NCBI GenBank assembly: GCA_016873735.1
Contig: VGWD01000005.1
Location: 1,929-65,928 of the forward strand
Length of the DNA: 64,000 bases
Direction of reading: 5' to 3'
Origin: Ignavibacteria bacterium
Lineage (GTDB): Bacteria; Bacteroidota; Ignavibacteria; Kapaibacteriales; UBA961
Notes under the pieces: generated by a model
What the model was told of the DNA's origin: nothing
Databases searched by the model: none
The model's input: only the letters and a program-made list of their open reading frames with translations
Position numbers and translations under genes: made by a program
In this document: piece after piece, positions 1 through 10,570 of the stretch
How the letters are laid out: every line of letters begins with the position of its first letter
Numbering within the stretch: the stretch's first letter is position 1

Positions 1-2775
1 CAACAAATTCTCCCGAAGGATGCAAGAGCACCTGTAGTATCAAAGATTGCATTGGATGAGATTCCCGTATTGCGTGTTGGCGTCACAGGCTCCATGCAAA
101 ACCGAGAATTCTATCAATTCATGAAAGATAAAATCGTGCCTGCGCTATCAAAAATCGAAGGTGTCGGTAATATTGCATTATTGGGCGGAGAGGAAAGAGA
201 GATAAAAGTCAATGTGAATATTGAGAAAGTTCGGGGATATGGTCTTGGATTGAATCAAATAGCTGGAATGATCAAAGCATCTAATCTGGATTTTCCTACC
301 GGCAAGATTAAGGATGATGATGGACAATATGTTGTTCGTCTTGCAGGAAAATTTACCAGCATAGATCAAATCGGTTCCATCATTGTTGGAAAGTCGCGTG
401 CCGGCGGCTTTGTTCGCCTTCAGGACATCGCAGAAATTGAAGATGGACGAAAAGAATATTCCACAATCAGCAGAATCAATGGCACCACAACAATCGCAAT
501 GTTGATTCAAAAACAAAGTGATGCTAATTCAGTTGATGTAAGCGAAAAAGTGCGCAAACAAATGACCGAATTGGAAACTGAATATGCTCAAGAACAATTA
601 CGATTCAATATAGCTCAGGACGGTTCTCGATTTACGATAGAAGCTGCAAATGCAGTTAAGTTTGATTTGTTTATTGCTATTATCCTTGTCGCAGCGGTGA
701 TGTTTCTCTTTTTGCACTCACTCCGAAATTCATTGATTGTGATGATTGCAATTCCGGCATCATTGTTATCGACATTGTTTGTGATGTATATGCTGAATTA
801 TTCATTGAATCTCATGACGCTTCTCGCAATGTCACTGGTGATTGGTATTCTTGTGGATGATTCAATTGTTGTCTTGGAGAATATTTATCGTCATCTGGAA
901 GTGGGTAAGAATAAACAGCAAGCATCAATAGATGGAAGAAATGAGATTGGATTTGCCGCGCTTTCAATTACCCTGGTGGATGTTGTGGTATTTGTACCAC
1001 TTTCTGTAGTTGGCGGGCTTGTAGGAAATATCATGCGTGAATTTGCAGTTGTGGTGTTCACATCGACATTGATGAGTTTGGTTGTATCATTTACGATCAC
1101 ACCCGCTCTTGCATCAAGATTGGCAAAACTGGAACATCTTTCATCACTTACGCTGATGGGTAGAATCGCTCTGTCCTTTGAGAGATTTTTTGAATCGCTG
1201 GCAAAGCAGTATGAAGAATTGCTTCAGTGGGCATTGAGATCAACATTTAGAAGAGGACTCGTCATTGCCGTATCATTTATGTCCATTATTGCAGGCGGTG
1301 CATTGGTGCCATTGGGCTATATAGGATCTGAGTTCATTTCTCAAACAGATAGAGGTGAATTTGCGGTCACGGTAGAACTACCTCCCGAGTATTCGGTTGA
1401 AGAAACAAATTATGCCGCATTGCATATTGAAGAAATGCTTCGCGAATTTCCGGAAACGGAAAGAATATTTACATCCGTGGGTGTATCAAATGAAGGTCTC
1501 ATAGGTCAGAGTTCAAATAATGCAGTTGAATTCAATGTTACATTATCCTCTCCGAAGCAAAGAACACGAAGCACCGATGAGATCGGTATGCTGATGAAGC
1601 AAAAAATCAGCTCCATTCCTGGTTCAAAAGTAAGGGTAAACCCGATCGGAATTTTTGGAACTGCGAATCAAACCCCGATACAAATCATAGTTGGTGGTAC
1701 AGATTTCCAAGATGTATATGCATCGGCAAAGAAACTTGCAGACATAGCCAAATCGACCAAGGGTGCCGAGGATGTACGAATGAGTGTAGATGAAGGCAAG
1801 CCCGAATCCCGTATAGAATTGGATAGAGATAAAGTCTCTGCATTTGGCTTGACAATTGGTGAAATAGGTAATGCATTACAAATTGCATTATCCGGAGACA
1901 ATTCAGCAAAGTTTAGAGATGAAAATGCGGAATATGACATGCGAATCATATTGGATGAATATGATAGATCACAAACAGAAAAATTACTTCGATTGCCTTT
2001 CGTGAATGCAATGGGTCAGCAGATTGAATTGCAACAATTCGCAACAGTTGTACAATCGAGTGGTCCAACAAAATTGCAGAGAGAAAATAGAAATACTGCA
2101 ATCACTGTGTTTTCTCAGGCGCTCGGCAGACCATCAGGAAATATCGTTGCTGATATTCAAAAGGGCATGGAAGGCCAAACATTGCCGGACGGCGTGTTTA
2201 TCTCTTATCTAGGCGATCAAAAGAACATGAAGGAATCCTTTGTGAGTTTGGGTTTGGCACTTGGTGCTGCTATCCTCTTTGTGTATTTGATCATGGTTGC
2301 ATTGTATGATTCCTATGTCTATCCATTTGTTGTACTCTTTTCCATTCCTGTTGCATTTGTAGGCGCTCTATTGGCCATGGCTTTGAACATGAAGGCATTG
2401 GGCATTTTTCCTGTGCTTGGTATCATCATGATGATCGGCTTGGTAGCAAAGAATGCTATTTTGTTGGTTGATCGTGCGAATCAGGCAAGAAAAGAAGGAT
2501 TATCTGTACTGGAATCACTACTTGACTCGGGTAGAACAAGACTAAGGCCCATTTTAATGACAACGGTTGCAATGATACTTGGGATGCTGCCGATTGCAAT
2601 TTCAAAAAGTTCAGGAGCAGAATGGAAAACAGGATTGTCATGGGCCATCATTGGAGGTCTGTCCAGTTCTTTATTGCTCACTCTTGTATTGGTCCCCGTT
2701 ATATACTATATCGTTGAAACTTTCAAAGAACATAGGCAAAACAAACGCAATCAAGAAGTATATTCTCAAGCGTAG
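1..2775 (+). CDS. RND efflux transporter permease subunit (AcrB/AcrD/AcrF family), 5'-truncated by window edge
   Basis: Frame is open from base 1. RND motifs GILVDDSIVVLEN, KNAILLVD and RLRPILMT; two TM bundles with large periplasmic loops. Confidence 0.95.
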   Translation, partial: QQILPKDARAPVVSKIALDEIPVLRVGVTGSMQNREFYQFMKDKIVPALSKIEGVGNIALLGGEEREIKVNVNIEKVRGYGLGLNQIAGMIKASNLDFPTGKIKDDDGQYVVRLAGKFTSIDQIGSIIVGKSRAGGFVRLQDIAEIEDGRKEYSTISRINGTTTIAMLIQKQSDANSVDVSEKVRKQMTELETEYAQEQLRFNIAQDGSRFTIEAANAVKFDLFIAIILVAAVMFLFLHSLRNSLIVMIAIPASLLSTLFVMYMLNYSLNLMTLLAMSLVIGILVDDSIVVLENIYRHLEVGKNKQQASIDGRNEIGFAALSITLVDVVVFVPLSVVGGLVGNIMREFAVVVFTSTLMSLVVSFTITPALASRLAKLEHLSSLTLMGRIALSFERFFESLAKQYEELLQWALRSTFRRGLVIAVSFMSIIAGGALVPLGYIGSEFISQTDRGEFAVTVELPPEYSVEETNYAALHIEEMLREFPETERIFTSVGVSNEGLIGQSSNNAVEFNVTLSSPKQRTRSTDEIGMLMKQKISSIPGSKVRVNPIGIFGTANQTPIQIIVGGTDFQDVYASAKKLADIAKSTKGAEDVRMSVDEGKPESRIELDRDKVSAFGLTIGEIGNALQIALSGDNSAKFRDENAEYDMRIILDEYDRSQTEKLLRLPFVNAMGQQIELQQFATVVQSSGPTKLQRENRNTAITVFSQALGRPSGNIVADIQKGMEGQTLPDGVFISYLGDQKNMKESFVSLGLALGAAILFVYLIMVALYDSYVYPFVVLFSIPVAFVGALLAMALNMKALGIFPVLGIIMMIGLVAKNAILLVDRANQARKEGLSVLESLLDSGRTRLRPILMTTVAMILGMLPIAISKSSGAEWKTGLSWAIIGGLSSSLLLTLVLVPVIYYIVETFKEHRQNKRNQEVYSQA

Positions 2776-2983
2776 ATAAATAGCGGTACTTCCTTATGAT
2801 ACTGCATGTCATCACCGGAATTTTATGTCTTTTTTGTTTGGTCTAATGCTATACTTGTTCAAAGCACTTGGTGACTCATCAAAGGAAAATACGCCAATAT
2901 TGAGAGAATTGCTGTTATTATTGGGCATAACCGCATTTTGCCATTTGCTCTTTCATTGTTTGCTCACTGATGTGAAGTACAAG

Positions 2984-5557
2984 ATGAAAACATTCCTTGG
3001 ATTACTATTGATAGGACTCAATCTGCTGATACTAAGTTCTTATTCTTCCTTGGCGAAGAATGAACAAATGTCTCTTGTTCTCATGAAAAAGTATCCACTT
3101 CCAATCTCACAGTCCTATGTTGTTGACACCATCCTTCCTATGCAATATATCCGCTCACAATGGAGTGCAGGCTATCATGTGGCGCATATCTCAAGTGGAC
3201 AATTCGGGTATTCTGTGATCATGAATGGTGGCATCATACCACAGAGGATCATTTCTGCGGATACATTTCCCATCATGCAAATTCGTGATCAATTGGCTTT
3301 GGGTTTACGTATTACTGCCATCAGCGGATATCAGGGTAAGTGGGATATAGTGATGACATTGGATAATGGTGTCATGAATCAATATGTGATATTGCAATCA
3401 ACATTTCCTTCGCAAATCATACAATCATATTGGAAGAAAGATTATCGAATAGGCGTTTTGGATTATATCAATGGATATTGGGTTCTCTCCATGAATCGCA
3501 CTATGTTCAGTTCAGCACAGTCATATGCCATACATGATTCCATACCTATTGAGAATTTTGATACCTTCCTAAAAGGATATGCTTTGCGTGAATGCAAGCA
3601 AATTGAAGATAAGTACTTATTTATCATGGAAGGAAATTCTTCAAAAGAAGATGTAATCCGATTTTCCGGGAAACAGCTGACAAAACAAGCGATTGACTCT
3701 GCATGGGAACGTGGTTATGCTTTATGTGCAATGCAAATGTATAAGCCAATCAATCAACATGCCTATTGGTTGAGAGATTCAATTATCGAGATATCATCAC
3801 TTGATATCAATGCATTGCCACAGGACTCACTTTCTCATGCCATATATGATCGGCATATCATGTCTTGCAATGATTGCCTGAGTTCCACCGTGGCAATGAA
3901 AAAGAGATTACAGGGATATCTCATGAACAAAGATACATCGTCCGCCATAGCTATGTATGCAATGTACAAAACAGCATTGCCAACATATAAAGCATGGATA
4001 GATTCATCTCTTGCATTACTTGCAAATCCAATGGATTCAATACAAAAAATAAATCTTGGCTCGCCCATTAATACATCCGGTTCTGAATGGGATCCGGTTC
4101 CATCTCCTGATGGACAATCACTATACCTTTCTGTTCGAGATAGAAGAGGCGGCGAGGGAAGGCAGGATGTATTTGTTGCCGAGCGAAGTGATTCACTGAT
4201 TGGCGGAATGTGGAAGAAGCCAATCAGTATAGGAAAGGGTGTAAATTCCCAGAATGGTGAAGAAACAATCGATAATGTTTCAACGGATGGCAATACACTT
4301 TTTTTATCAGGTACATTCCCCGGTACTTATGGCATGTTTGATATTTATACAGCAGAACGAACTCCGGACGGCTGGGATAATCTTCGCCAAATGCCTCGAC
4401 CAATAAATTCGGAATATCATGATGAAAGCGGTTGTCTTAGTTCGGATGGAAAAGTACTATTATTCAGCTCTGATCGCCCGGGAGCAATTGGTGATTTGTA
4501 TGTTCCAATGAATTATCGATTTGCTGATGGAACTCATGGTAACATGGATTTATGGGCCAGCATCAAAACAGATACCGGTTGGAGCGAGCCGATTAACTTG
4601 GGAGATAAGATCAATACTCCATTTTCAGAGCGCTCTGTGTATTTACATCCGGATGGAAGAACATTGTATTTCTCAAGCAATGGACATCCCGGAATGGGTG
4701 GTTTGGACGTATTTGTTTCTTATCGTTTGAATGAAGATTCATGGACTGAATGGACAGTGCCAAAGAATATGGGAAGAGCCATCAATACAATTGATGATGA
4801 TTTCAGTTATAAAATCACCGTCTCAGGTGATACTGCTTATTATGCTGCTCAAGATGCTCCTGACGGACTTGGACAATGGGATGTTTACAGAGTGATTATT
4901 CCAAAGAATGTAAGGCCACAACCTATTGCTTCATTATCTGGTAAAGTACTAGATAAATTGACCAAAAAACCAATATCGGGATCTATCATATGGGAAGATT
5001 TGCAAACCGGTAAAAAAGTCGGGTCATCAACCGTGAATCCAAATGATGGATCATACTTTATTGTATTACCACTTGGAAAGAAATATGGATATTATGCAAG
5101 TGCAGACGGATATTATCCCTCTTCTTCGAATATCGATTTGAAAAAACAACAATCTGCGCTTTCAAAAAAATATGATATTCAATTGTCGGCAATGCCGGCA
5201 TCAAAAGAAAAAGAATTGACTGTTGAATTATCAAATGTCTTTTTTGATTATGGTTCGGCACAGCTATTGGAAGAATCACAGCCTGAATTACGCAGATTTG
5301 CAACAATCATTAAAGAAAAAGGCTATACAAAAATCTTGATTTCAGGGCATACCGATGATATTGGTTCTGATGCATTTAATGACCGTTTGTCCTTTCTTAG
5401 GGCCAATGCCGTAAAAAATTATCTCATTACACTGGGACTTTCTCGTGGAATTCTGCAAGCCAAAGGATTTGGCAAGAGAAATCCACGATCCTTAGAAAAG
5501 ACAGCAGAGGCAAATGCAGAAAACCGCCGAGTGGAAGTAACAATATCGGGAAGATGA
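2984..5557 (+). CDS. Exported OmpA-family protein: N-terminal ~45-aa repeat domain + PD40 beta-propeller + carboxypeptidase-regulatory-like domain + OmpA_C (PorE-like)
   Basis: Signal peptide MKTFLGLLLIG from ATG 2984 (ORF track starts at 2825). Repeated NLGxxINT...P..SPDG..LYF PD40 motifs. C-terminal GHTDDIG...LSFLRA...NRRVE peptidoglycan-binding motif. Confidence 0.85.
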   Translation: MKTFLGLLLIGLNLLILSSYSSLAKNEQMSLVLMKKYPLPISQSYVVDTILPMQYIRSQWSAGYHVAHISSGQFGYSVIMNGGIIPQRIISADTFPIMQIRDQLALGLRITAISGYQGKWDIVMTLDNGVMNQYVILQSTFPSQIIQSYWKKDYRIGVLDYINGYWVLSMNRTMFSSAQSYAIHDSIPIENFDTFLKGYALRECKQIEDKYLFIMEGNSSKEDVIRFSGKQLTKQAIDSAWERGYALCAMQMYKPINQHAYWLRDSIIEISSLDINALPQDSLSHAIYDRHIMSCNDCLSSTVAMKKRLQGYLMNKDTSSAIAMYAMYKTALPTYKAWIDSSLALLANPMDSIQKINLGSPINTSGSEWDPVPSPDGQSLYLSVRDRRGGEGRQDVFVAERSDSLIGGMWKKPISIGKGVNSQNGEETIDNVSTDGNTLFLSGTFPGTYGMFDIYTAERTPDGWDNLRQMPRPINSEYHDESGCLSSDGKVLLFSSDRPGAIGDLYVPMNYRFADGTHGNMDLWASIKTDTGWSEPINLGDKINTPFSERSVYLHPDGRTLYFSSNGHPGMGGLDVFVSYRLNEDSWTEWTVPKNMGRAINTIDDDFSYKITVSGDTAYYAAQDAPDGLGQWDVYRVIIPKNVRPQPIASLSGKVLDKLTKKPISGSIIWEDLQTGKKVGSSTVNPNDGSYFIVLPLGKKYGYYASADGYYPSSSNIDLKKQQSALSKKYDIQLSAMPASKEKELTVELSNVFFDYGSAQLLEESQPELRRFATIIKEKGYTKILISGHTDDIGSDAFNDRLSFLRANAVKNYLITLGLSRGILQAKGFGKRNPRSLEKTAEANAENRRVEVTISGR

Positions 5558-5572
5558 AGTTTGAAAATTGGG

Positions 5573-5580
5573 TATCTTTG
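5573..5580 (+). promoter_or_regulatory. Putative Bacteroidota-type -7 promoter element (TATCTTTG) for tgt-yajC-ribBA
   Basis: Matches TAnnTTTG, 30 nt upstream of the tgt start in a short intergenic gap. Confidence 0.6.
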
Positions 5581-5610
5581 CATTCACACTGACAAATCCA
5601 GACCCTTTAA

Positions 5611-6732
5611 ATGGCATTTTTCACCCTCAATCATACAGATCTGCATAGCCGGGCCAGAGCCGGAGTCATAACCACTGATCATGGTATGATTGAAACTCCG
5701 ATATTTATGCCTGTTGGAACCGTTGGTTCAGTGAAGGCAATCGAACAAAGAGAATTGTTGGAAATAGGAGCCCAAATCATCCTGGGAAATACATATCATT
5801 TGTATTTAAGACCGGGTGAAGATGTACTCACCCATTTTTCAGGACATCATCGATTCATTTCTTGGGAAAAACCAATTCTAACAGACTCCGGCGGTTATCA
5901 AGTATTCTCATTGAAAGAATTGAGAAAAATAACCGAACAAGGTGTGGAGTTTCGCTCCCATATTGATGGATCCAAGCATTTCTTCTCACCGGAACGAGTG
6001 ATAGAAATACAACGTTGTATAGGAAGTGATATCATGATGGTGCTTGATGAATGCACCTCATTTCCGGCTACGCACGAAGAGGCAAAAACCTCAATGGATT
6101 TGACTCTTAGATGGGCAAAGAGAAATATTGATGCATTCAAGGCCACCAGCCCAAGATATGAACATGCGCAATATCTATTTGGGATTGGTCAAGGAAGCAC
6201 ATATAAAGATCTCAGATCGCAATGCATGGAACAATTGATAGATCATGATTTTGATGGCTATGCAATCGGTGGTCTTGCGGTTGGCGAACCTTCTTTTGAC
6301 ATGTATGATATCATCGATCATTCAACGAATGTGATGCCTCCCAATAAGCCAAGATATCTAATGGGAGTCGGTACTCCCGAAAATATACTTACAGCCATCG
6401 AAATGGGTGTTGATATGTTTGATTGCGTCATGCCAACCAGGAATGCCCGCAATGGTACCATCTTCACCACTCGTGGCAGAATGAATGTCCGTAATCTCAA
6501 AAATAAATTCAGTGATGAGCCAATTGATCCGGGCTTGGACCTCTATGCATCAAGAGAATTTTCATTGGGATATTTACGGCATCTCTTCACAGTAGGAGAA
6601 ATCTTGGGTCTGCAACTTGCAACATTGCAGAATCTTGGCTTTTATATGTGGCTTGTACGCGAAGCAAGAAAACACATTCTTGATAATACATATTCTCAAT
6701 GGAAAACTTCAATTTTGGAAATCATTAAGTAA
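5611..6732 (+). CDS. tgt: Queuine tRNA-ribosyltransferase
   Basis: TPIFMPVGT, NTYHLYLRPG, DSGGYQVFSL and DCVMPTRNAR motifs; adjacent to yajC. Confidence 0.98.
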   Translation: MAFFTLNHTDLHSRARAGVITTDHGMIETPIFMPVGTVGSVKAIEQRELLEIGAQIILGNTYHLYLRPGEDVLTHFSGHHRFISWEKPILTDSGGYQVFSLKELRKITEQGVEFRSHIDGSKHFFSPERVIEIQRCIGSDIMMVLDECTSFPATHEEAKTSMDLTLRWAKRNIDAFKATSPRYEHAQYLFGIGQGSTYKDLRSQCMEQLIDHDFDGYAIGGLAVGEPSFDMYDIIDHSTNVMPPNKPRYLMGVGTPENILTAIEMGVDMFDCVMPTRNARNGTIFTTRGRMNVRNLKNKFSDEPIDPGLDLYASREFSLGYLRHLFTVGEILGLQLATLQNLGFYMWLVREARKHILDNTYSQWKTSILEIIK

Positions 6733-6756
6733 TCATTACATACAAAAGGTAAGACA

Positions 6757-7083
6757 ATGCCCATTTTTCCGATCGAACTACATGCTCAACAAGGTCAAGC
6801 AGCAGGTGGAGACTCTATTTCTCAATTACTCACATCCCTTTTGCCAATGGCAGCAATATTTGCTGTTTTCTATTTCTTGATGATTCGTCCTCAAAGAAAG
6901 CGTCATAATGATCATTTGAAGATGATCTCTGAATTGAAAAAAGGAGACAAAGTAGTTACATCTGCCGGAATTCACGGTACTGTAGATTCAGTCGATGAAT
7001 CAGGCATCATCAAGTTAAAAATCGCTGATGCAACCATTATCAAAATAGACAAAGTTGCTATTTCACAAATCAATGTACAGTAA
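6757..7083 (+). CDS. yajC: Preprotein translocase subunit YajC
   Basis: FYFLMIRPQRKR and LKKGDKVVTSAGIHG motifs; follows tgt. Confidence 0.96.
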   Translation: MPIFPIELHAQQGQAAGGDSISQLLTSLLPMAAIFAVFYFLMIRPQRKRHNDHLKMISELKKGDKVVTSAGIHGTVDSVDESGIIKLKIADATIIKIDKVAISQINVQ

Positions 7084-7086
7084 TCT

Positions 7087-8295
7087 ATGAAACAAACGTT
7101 CGATTCAATAGAACAAGCAGTCAAAGATCTGCAAGCCGGTAAAGTGGTGGTAGTTCTTGATGATGAAGACAGAGAAAATGAAGGTGATATTATTTGCGCA
7201 GCAGAGTTTTGTACTCCTGAACAAGTGAATTTCATGGCTTCTCAAGCCAAGGGATTGATTTGCGTGGCATTGCCATCAGAAAAAGCCATTGCTTTGGATC
7301 TAGCACCAATGGTTCCTGACAATACGGCATTGCATGGCACAAAATTTACTGTTTCAATCGATTATCTTCATGGTACGAGTTCAGGCATATCAGCAAGTGA
7401 TAGATCTGCTACGATAAAAGCCTTGGTTCAGCCGAATATTACACCTGATGATTTTGGAAGACCCGGTCATATTTTTCCACTCATTGCAGTGGAAGAAGGA
7501 GTGCTTCGCAGAGCAGGACATACAGAAGCTGTTGTTGACTTGATGAAACTTGGTGGTCTCCAACCTGTAGGAGTGCTTTGCGAGATCCTCGCCGAAGACG
7601 GAACTATGATGCGAACAACACAATTGATGGAGTTTTCAGAAAAACATCAATTATCGATCATTACCGTGAAAGACCTTATCAGGTATAGATTAAACAAAGA
7701 ACAATTGGTTACTGCTGTAGCCAAAGCCAAATTACCAACTGAATTTGGTGATTTCATGTTACAAGTGTTTGCCAATACCGTTGATGGCAAAGAGCATGTA
7801 GCTTTGGTTAAGGGAACATGGAATGAAGATGAACCCATACTTGTGAGAGTACATAGTGAATGCTTAACCGGTGATATTTTTCATTCTCTTCGTTGCGATT
7901 GCGGCCCACAGTTATCTGCCGCATTGTCCATGATTCAAGAAGCTGAACAAGGTGTGCTTCTCTATATGCGCCAAGAAGGAAGAGGTATTGGCTTGGTAAA
8001 TAAAGTCAAAGCTTATTCATTGCAAGAACAAGGGCTTGACACCGTTGAGGCAAATGAACAGTTGGGTTTTCAACCTGATCCAAGGGATTATGGCATAGGA
8101 GCTCAGATTTTGGCTTCATTGGGTGTGCGAAAGATGAAATTACTGACAAATAACCCCACAAAAAGGGTAGGCCTGGAAAGCTATGGACTTGAAGTGGTTG
8201 AAAGAGTACCAATTGAAATGCAGCCAAATTCGGTCAATCGCGATTATCTCGAGACTAAAAAGGTGAAAATGGGCCACTTATTGACCCATCTCTAG
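7087..8295 (+). CDS. ribBA: Bifunctional DHBP synthase / GTP cyclohydrolase II
   Basis: [27 protein letters not shown] and RCDCG motifs. Confidence 0.98.
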   Translation: MKQTFDSIEQAVKDLQAGKVVVVLDDEDRENEGDIICAAEFCTPEQVNFMASQAKGLICVALPSEKAIALDLAPMVPDNTALHGTKFTVSIDYLHGTSSGISASDRSATIKALVQPNITPDDFGRPGHIFPLIAVEEGVLRRAGHTEAVVDLMKLGGLQPVGVLCEILAEDGTMMRTTQLMEFSEKHQLSIITVKDLIRYRLNKEQLVTAVAKAKLPTEFGDFMLQVFANTVDGKEHVALVKGTWNEDEPILVRVHSECLTGDIFHSLRCDCGPQLSAALSMIQEAEQGVLLYMRQEGRGIGLVNKVKAYSLQEQGLDTVEANEQLGFQPDPRDYGIGAQILASLGVRKMKLLTNNPTKRVGLESYGLEVVERVPIEMQPNSVNRDYLETKKVKMGHLLTHL

Positions 8296-8320
8296 GTTTT
8301 GTCATCTTATAAAAATTCTC

Positions 8321-8390
8321 TACTTTTGTTGCGTACTTCGTGCACGCCACGAGGCAAAGTCGTTATGAACATAACGGCTTTGTTTTTTTT
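8321..8390 (+). promoter_or_regulatory. greA promoter (-7 TACTTTTG, 8321-8328) followed by leader intrinsic terminator/attenuator (stem 8354-8383, T-tract to 8390)
   Basis: GCAAAGTCGTTAT-GAAC-ATAACGGCTTTGT followed by TTTTTTT, between the promoter motif and the greA start. Confidence 0.7.
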
Positions 8391-8420
8391 ACAACATTCA
8401 CATTGAATCTGGAGAAATCC

Positions 8421-8903
8421 ATGTCATCCGGCCCAGTATACATGACCCGCGAAGGTGTCGCTAAAATGGAAGATGAATTGAGGCAACTCAAGGGAAAGGG
8501 AAGAACGGAAATAGCTCAAAAAATCGCCTATGCCCGTTCACACGGAGATCTCTCTGAAAATGCAGATTATGATGCTGCAAAACATGAGCAAGAATTGCTC
8601 GAAATGCGCATTTCAAAACTCGAATCAACATTGATGAAAGTACAGGTGATCGATTCAAAAGATCTACCAGATGATAAAATATATATCCTCTCAAAAGTAA
8701 AGCTAAAGAATCTCAATAACAGTAAAATAATTGTGTATTCTCTTGTAAGTGCGGAAGAGGCCGATTTTCAGGCGAATAAACTTGCGGTTTCTTCACCTTT
8801 GGGAAAAGCTCTATTGGGCAAAACCGTTGGTGATAAGGTTATTACCAAAGCCCCGGCAGGAGAAATAGAGTATGAAGTCCTTGAAATTGGTAAAATCATT
8901 TGA
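8421..8903 (+). CDS. greA: Transcription elongation factor GreA
   Basis: ARSHGDLSENADYDAAK and SPLGKALLGK motifs; GGAGA RBS before ATG 8421. Confidence 0.97.
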   Translation: MSSGPVYMTREGVAKMEDELRQLKGKGRTEIAQKIAYARSHGDLSENADYDAAKHEQELLEMRISKLESTLMKVQVIDSKDLPDDKIYILSKVKLKNLNNSKIIVYSLVSAEEADFQANKLAVSSPLGKALLGKTVGDKVITKAPAGEIEYEVLEIGKII

Positions 8904-8939
8904 TTTAAACCTTTTTATGAGAAAACCAATCTAAATCCC

Positions 8940-9536
8940 ATGAATGATCGCATGGGATTTTCTTTTGATTTGATGAAATCAGAATCTGACATAGCCGATT
9001 TGCTTTCAAAAGGCAAAAGTCATGAAGCAATGAATTGTATCATGTCGCAGTTCAAGCGATTTGTCCATTCCATTGCAATACGATATATGCGCGATGATGA
9101 AGATGCAAAAGACATAACACAGGAAGTTTTCATCAAAGTATATCAATTTTTGAATACATTTCGAGGTGAGTCGCATATTCGTACATGGTTATATGCTATT
9201 ACAAGAAATATGTGTTTGAATGCTCTCGAAAAGAAAAAACGTCGAGGACATATCACAAGAATAGATACCTATGAACAATTTGATATTCCCGCTGAGGAGC
9301 ACTCAGATTCACTTATTACTGATTCTGAATTTTCTTCTTTTTTTGCCGATTGCATGTCGATATTGCCTGAAAAACAAAGAGAAACATTTATACTTCGCCA
9401 TGTGGAAGAACTTTCTTATGAAGAAATATCTAAAATGCTGGGAACGAGCATTGGTGGTTTAAAAGCAAACTACTTTCAAGCAGTTCAGAAATTAGCTCAA
9501 TATCTAGGATCAAAAGATAAAAAGGAACACATATGA
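8940..9536 (+). CDS. ECF RNA polymerase sigma-70 factor
   Basis: DAKDITQEVFIKVY and TWLYAITRN (region 2); LPEKQRETFILRHVEELSYEEI (region 4). Confidence 0.93.
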   Translation: MNDRMGFSFDLMKSESDIADLLSKGKSHEAMNCIMSQFKRFVHSIAIRYMRDDEDAKDITQEVFIKVYQFLNTFRGESHIRTWLYAITRNMCLNALEKKKRRGHITRIDTYEQFDIPAEEHSDSLITDSEFSSFFADCMSILPEKQRETFILRHVEELSYEEISKMLGTSIGGLKANYFQAVQKLAQYLGSKDKKEHI

Positions 9537-10093
9537 ATGACAAACATGAAATATTGTCGCTCTTTCCGGATCATATTAACGGAAAATTAGCTGAACATGA
9601 TAAGCTCATTGTTGATGAAGCTCTTCGTTCTTCTCCGGAACTCAAAGCTGAATATGATGAGTATGTTCAGGTATTTCACTTGCTCAATAAGACAGATATT
9701 CTATCTACCATGGAAGCCAAAGCAGATACATTCGCATTGAAATCCATAAAGCCAAAAATGATGAGGCCTATGCAAATTATGATTGGTTCTGTTACAACTC
9801 TGGCTGCTTGCCTTCTTGTTTGGATCGGCATTACTTCAACTGATCATGTATCTTCTATTGAGAAGTCTCCTGTGACAGTCGGTCACATTGAAGTAGAATC
9901 AGTTTCGTATGCTGATAATATGAATGGAACCAATATCAGTACAGATGATTTGGAAGATATCATGCTTGAGGAAGTTTTAACTTTATATGTTCGCGATATT
10001 GAATCGGATTTGGATGCACCTCTCAATCCTGTTTTGGAAGAAGAAATCACCAAGTATCTTTTAAAGGAATCTCAAGATGAAGAATCGATGTAA
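9533..10093 (+). CDS. Putative transmembrane anti-sigma factor
   Basis: ATGA overlap with the ECF sigma. N-terminal ASD-like helices (LFPDHINGKL...VDEALRSSPELKAEY), a single TM segment and an acidic periplasmic tail. Confidence 0.7.
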   Translation: MNDKHEILSLFPDHINGKLAEHDKLIVDEALRSSPELKAEYDEYVQVFHLLNKTDILSTMEAKADTFALKSIKPKMMRPMQIMIGSVTTLAACLLVWIGITSTDHVSSIEKSPVTVGHIEVESVSYADNMNGTNISTDDLEDIMLEEVLTLYVRDIESDLDAPLNPVLEEEITKYLLKESQDEESM

Positions 10094-10538
10094 TCTCTCA
10101 TCATGCATTGCGATCCTTGTGATATTCATCTCGATGCAGTTGATGAAGGCTCAGGATGAAATGCCAATGCTCAATAAAATGAAATCATTCAAGAAAATCA
10201 TGCTTATTGATAAGCTTAAAATGAATGAGGAGCAAGCAACACGTTTTTTTGCTCGATATCAGCAACATGAAGAGTATATTAAGGCGTCGCACAAGGAACT
10301 TGAACAAGCACTAGTGCATCTTGATGAATTACAAAAGTCAGGGAATCATGAGTATGACAAAGCAATACAGCAAGTTTTCGAGAAAGATCTTGCAACGCGA
10401 AAAACCATTATAGATAGAATGAAGGGGATGAAAGGTATTCTTTCTGAACAGCAATATGCTCAGTATATTCTGATTGAACATAGATTGCTGGATAATCTTC
10501 AGAAATTGGTTAAGCAAAGACAAAAAAGAAAGAAATGA
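10077..10538 (+). CDS. Exported helical protein (Spy/CpxP-like accessory of ECF system)
   Basis: Signal peptide; LKMNEEQ and ILSEQQ repeats resembling LTxxQ motifs; third gene of the ECF cluster. Confidence 0.6.
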   Translation: MKNRCNLSSCIAILVIFISMQLMKAQDEMPMLNKMKSFKKIMLIDKLKMNEEQATRFFARYQQHEEYIKASHKELEQALVHLDELQKSGNHEYDKAIQQVFEKDLATRKTIIDRMKGMKGILSEQQYAQYILIEHRLLDNLQKLVKQRQKRKK

Positions 10539-10570
10539 AAAATCCCCTTCAATGAGAAAAGGATTGTTAT

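Noticed and set aside
2776-2983. Small membrane peptide or 53-aa N-terminal extension before the OmpA protein
   Set aside because: A clean signal peptide begins at ATG 2984; the upstream hydrophobic codons are explained by T-rich DNA and have no other support.
10538-10570. Terminator between the convergent ECF cluster and rsmI
   Set aside because: Only a weak, mismatched hairpin (AATCC...GGATT); not supportable.
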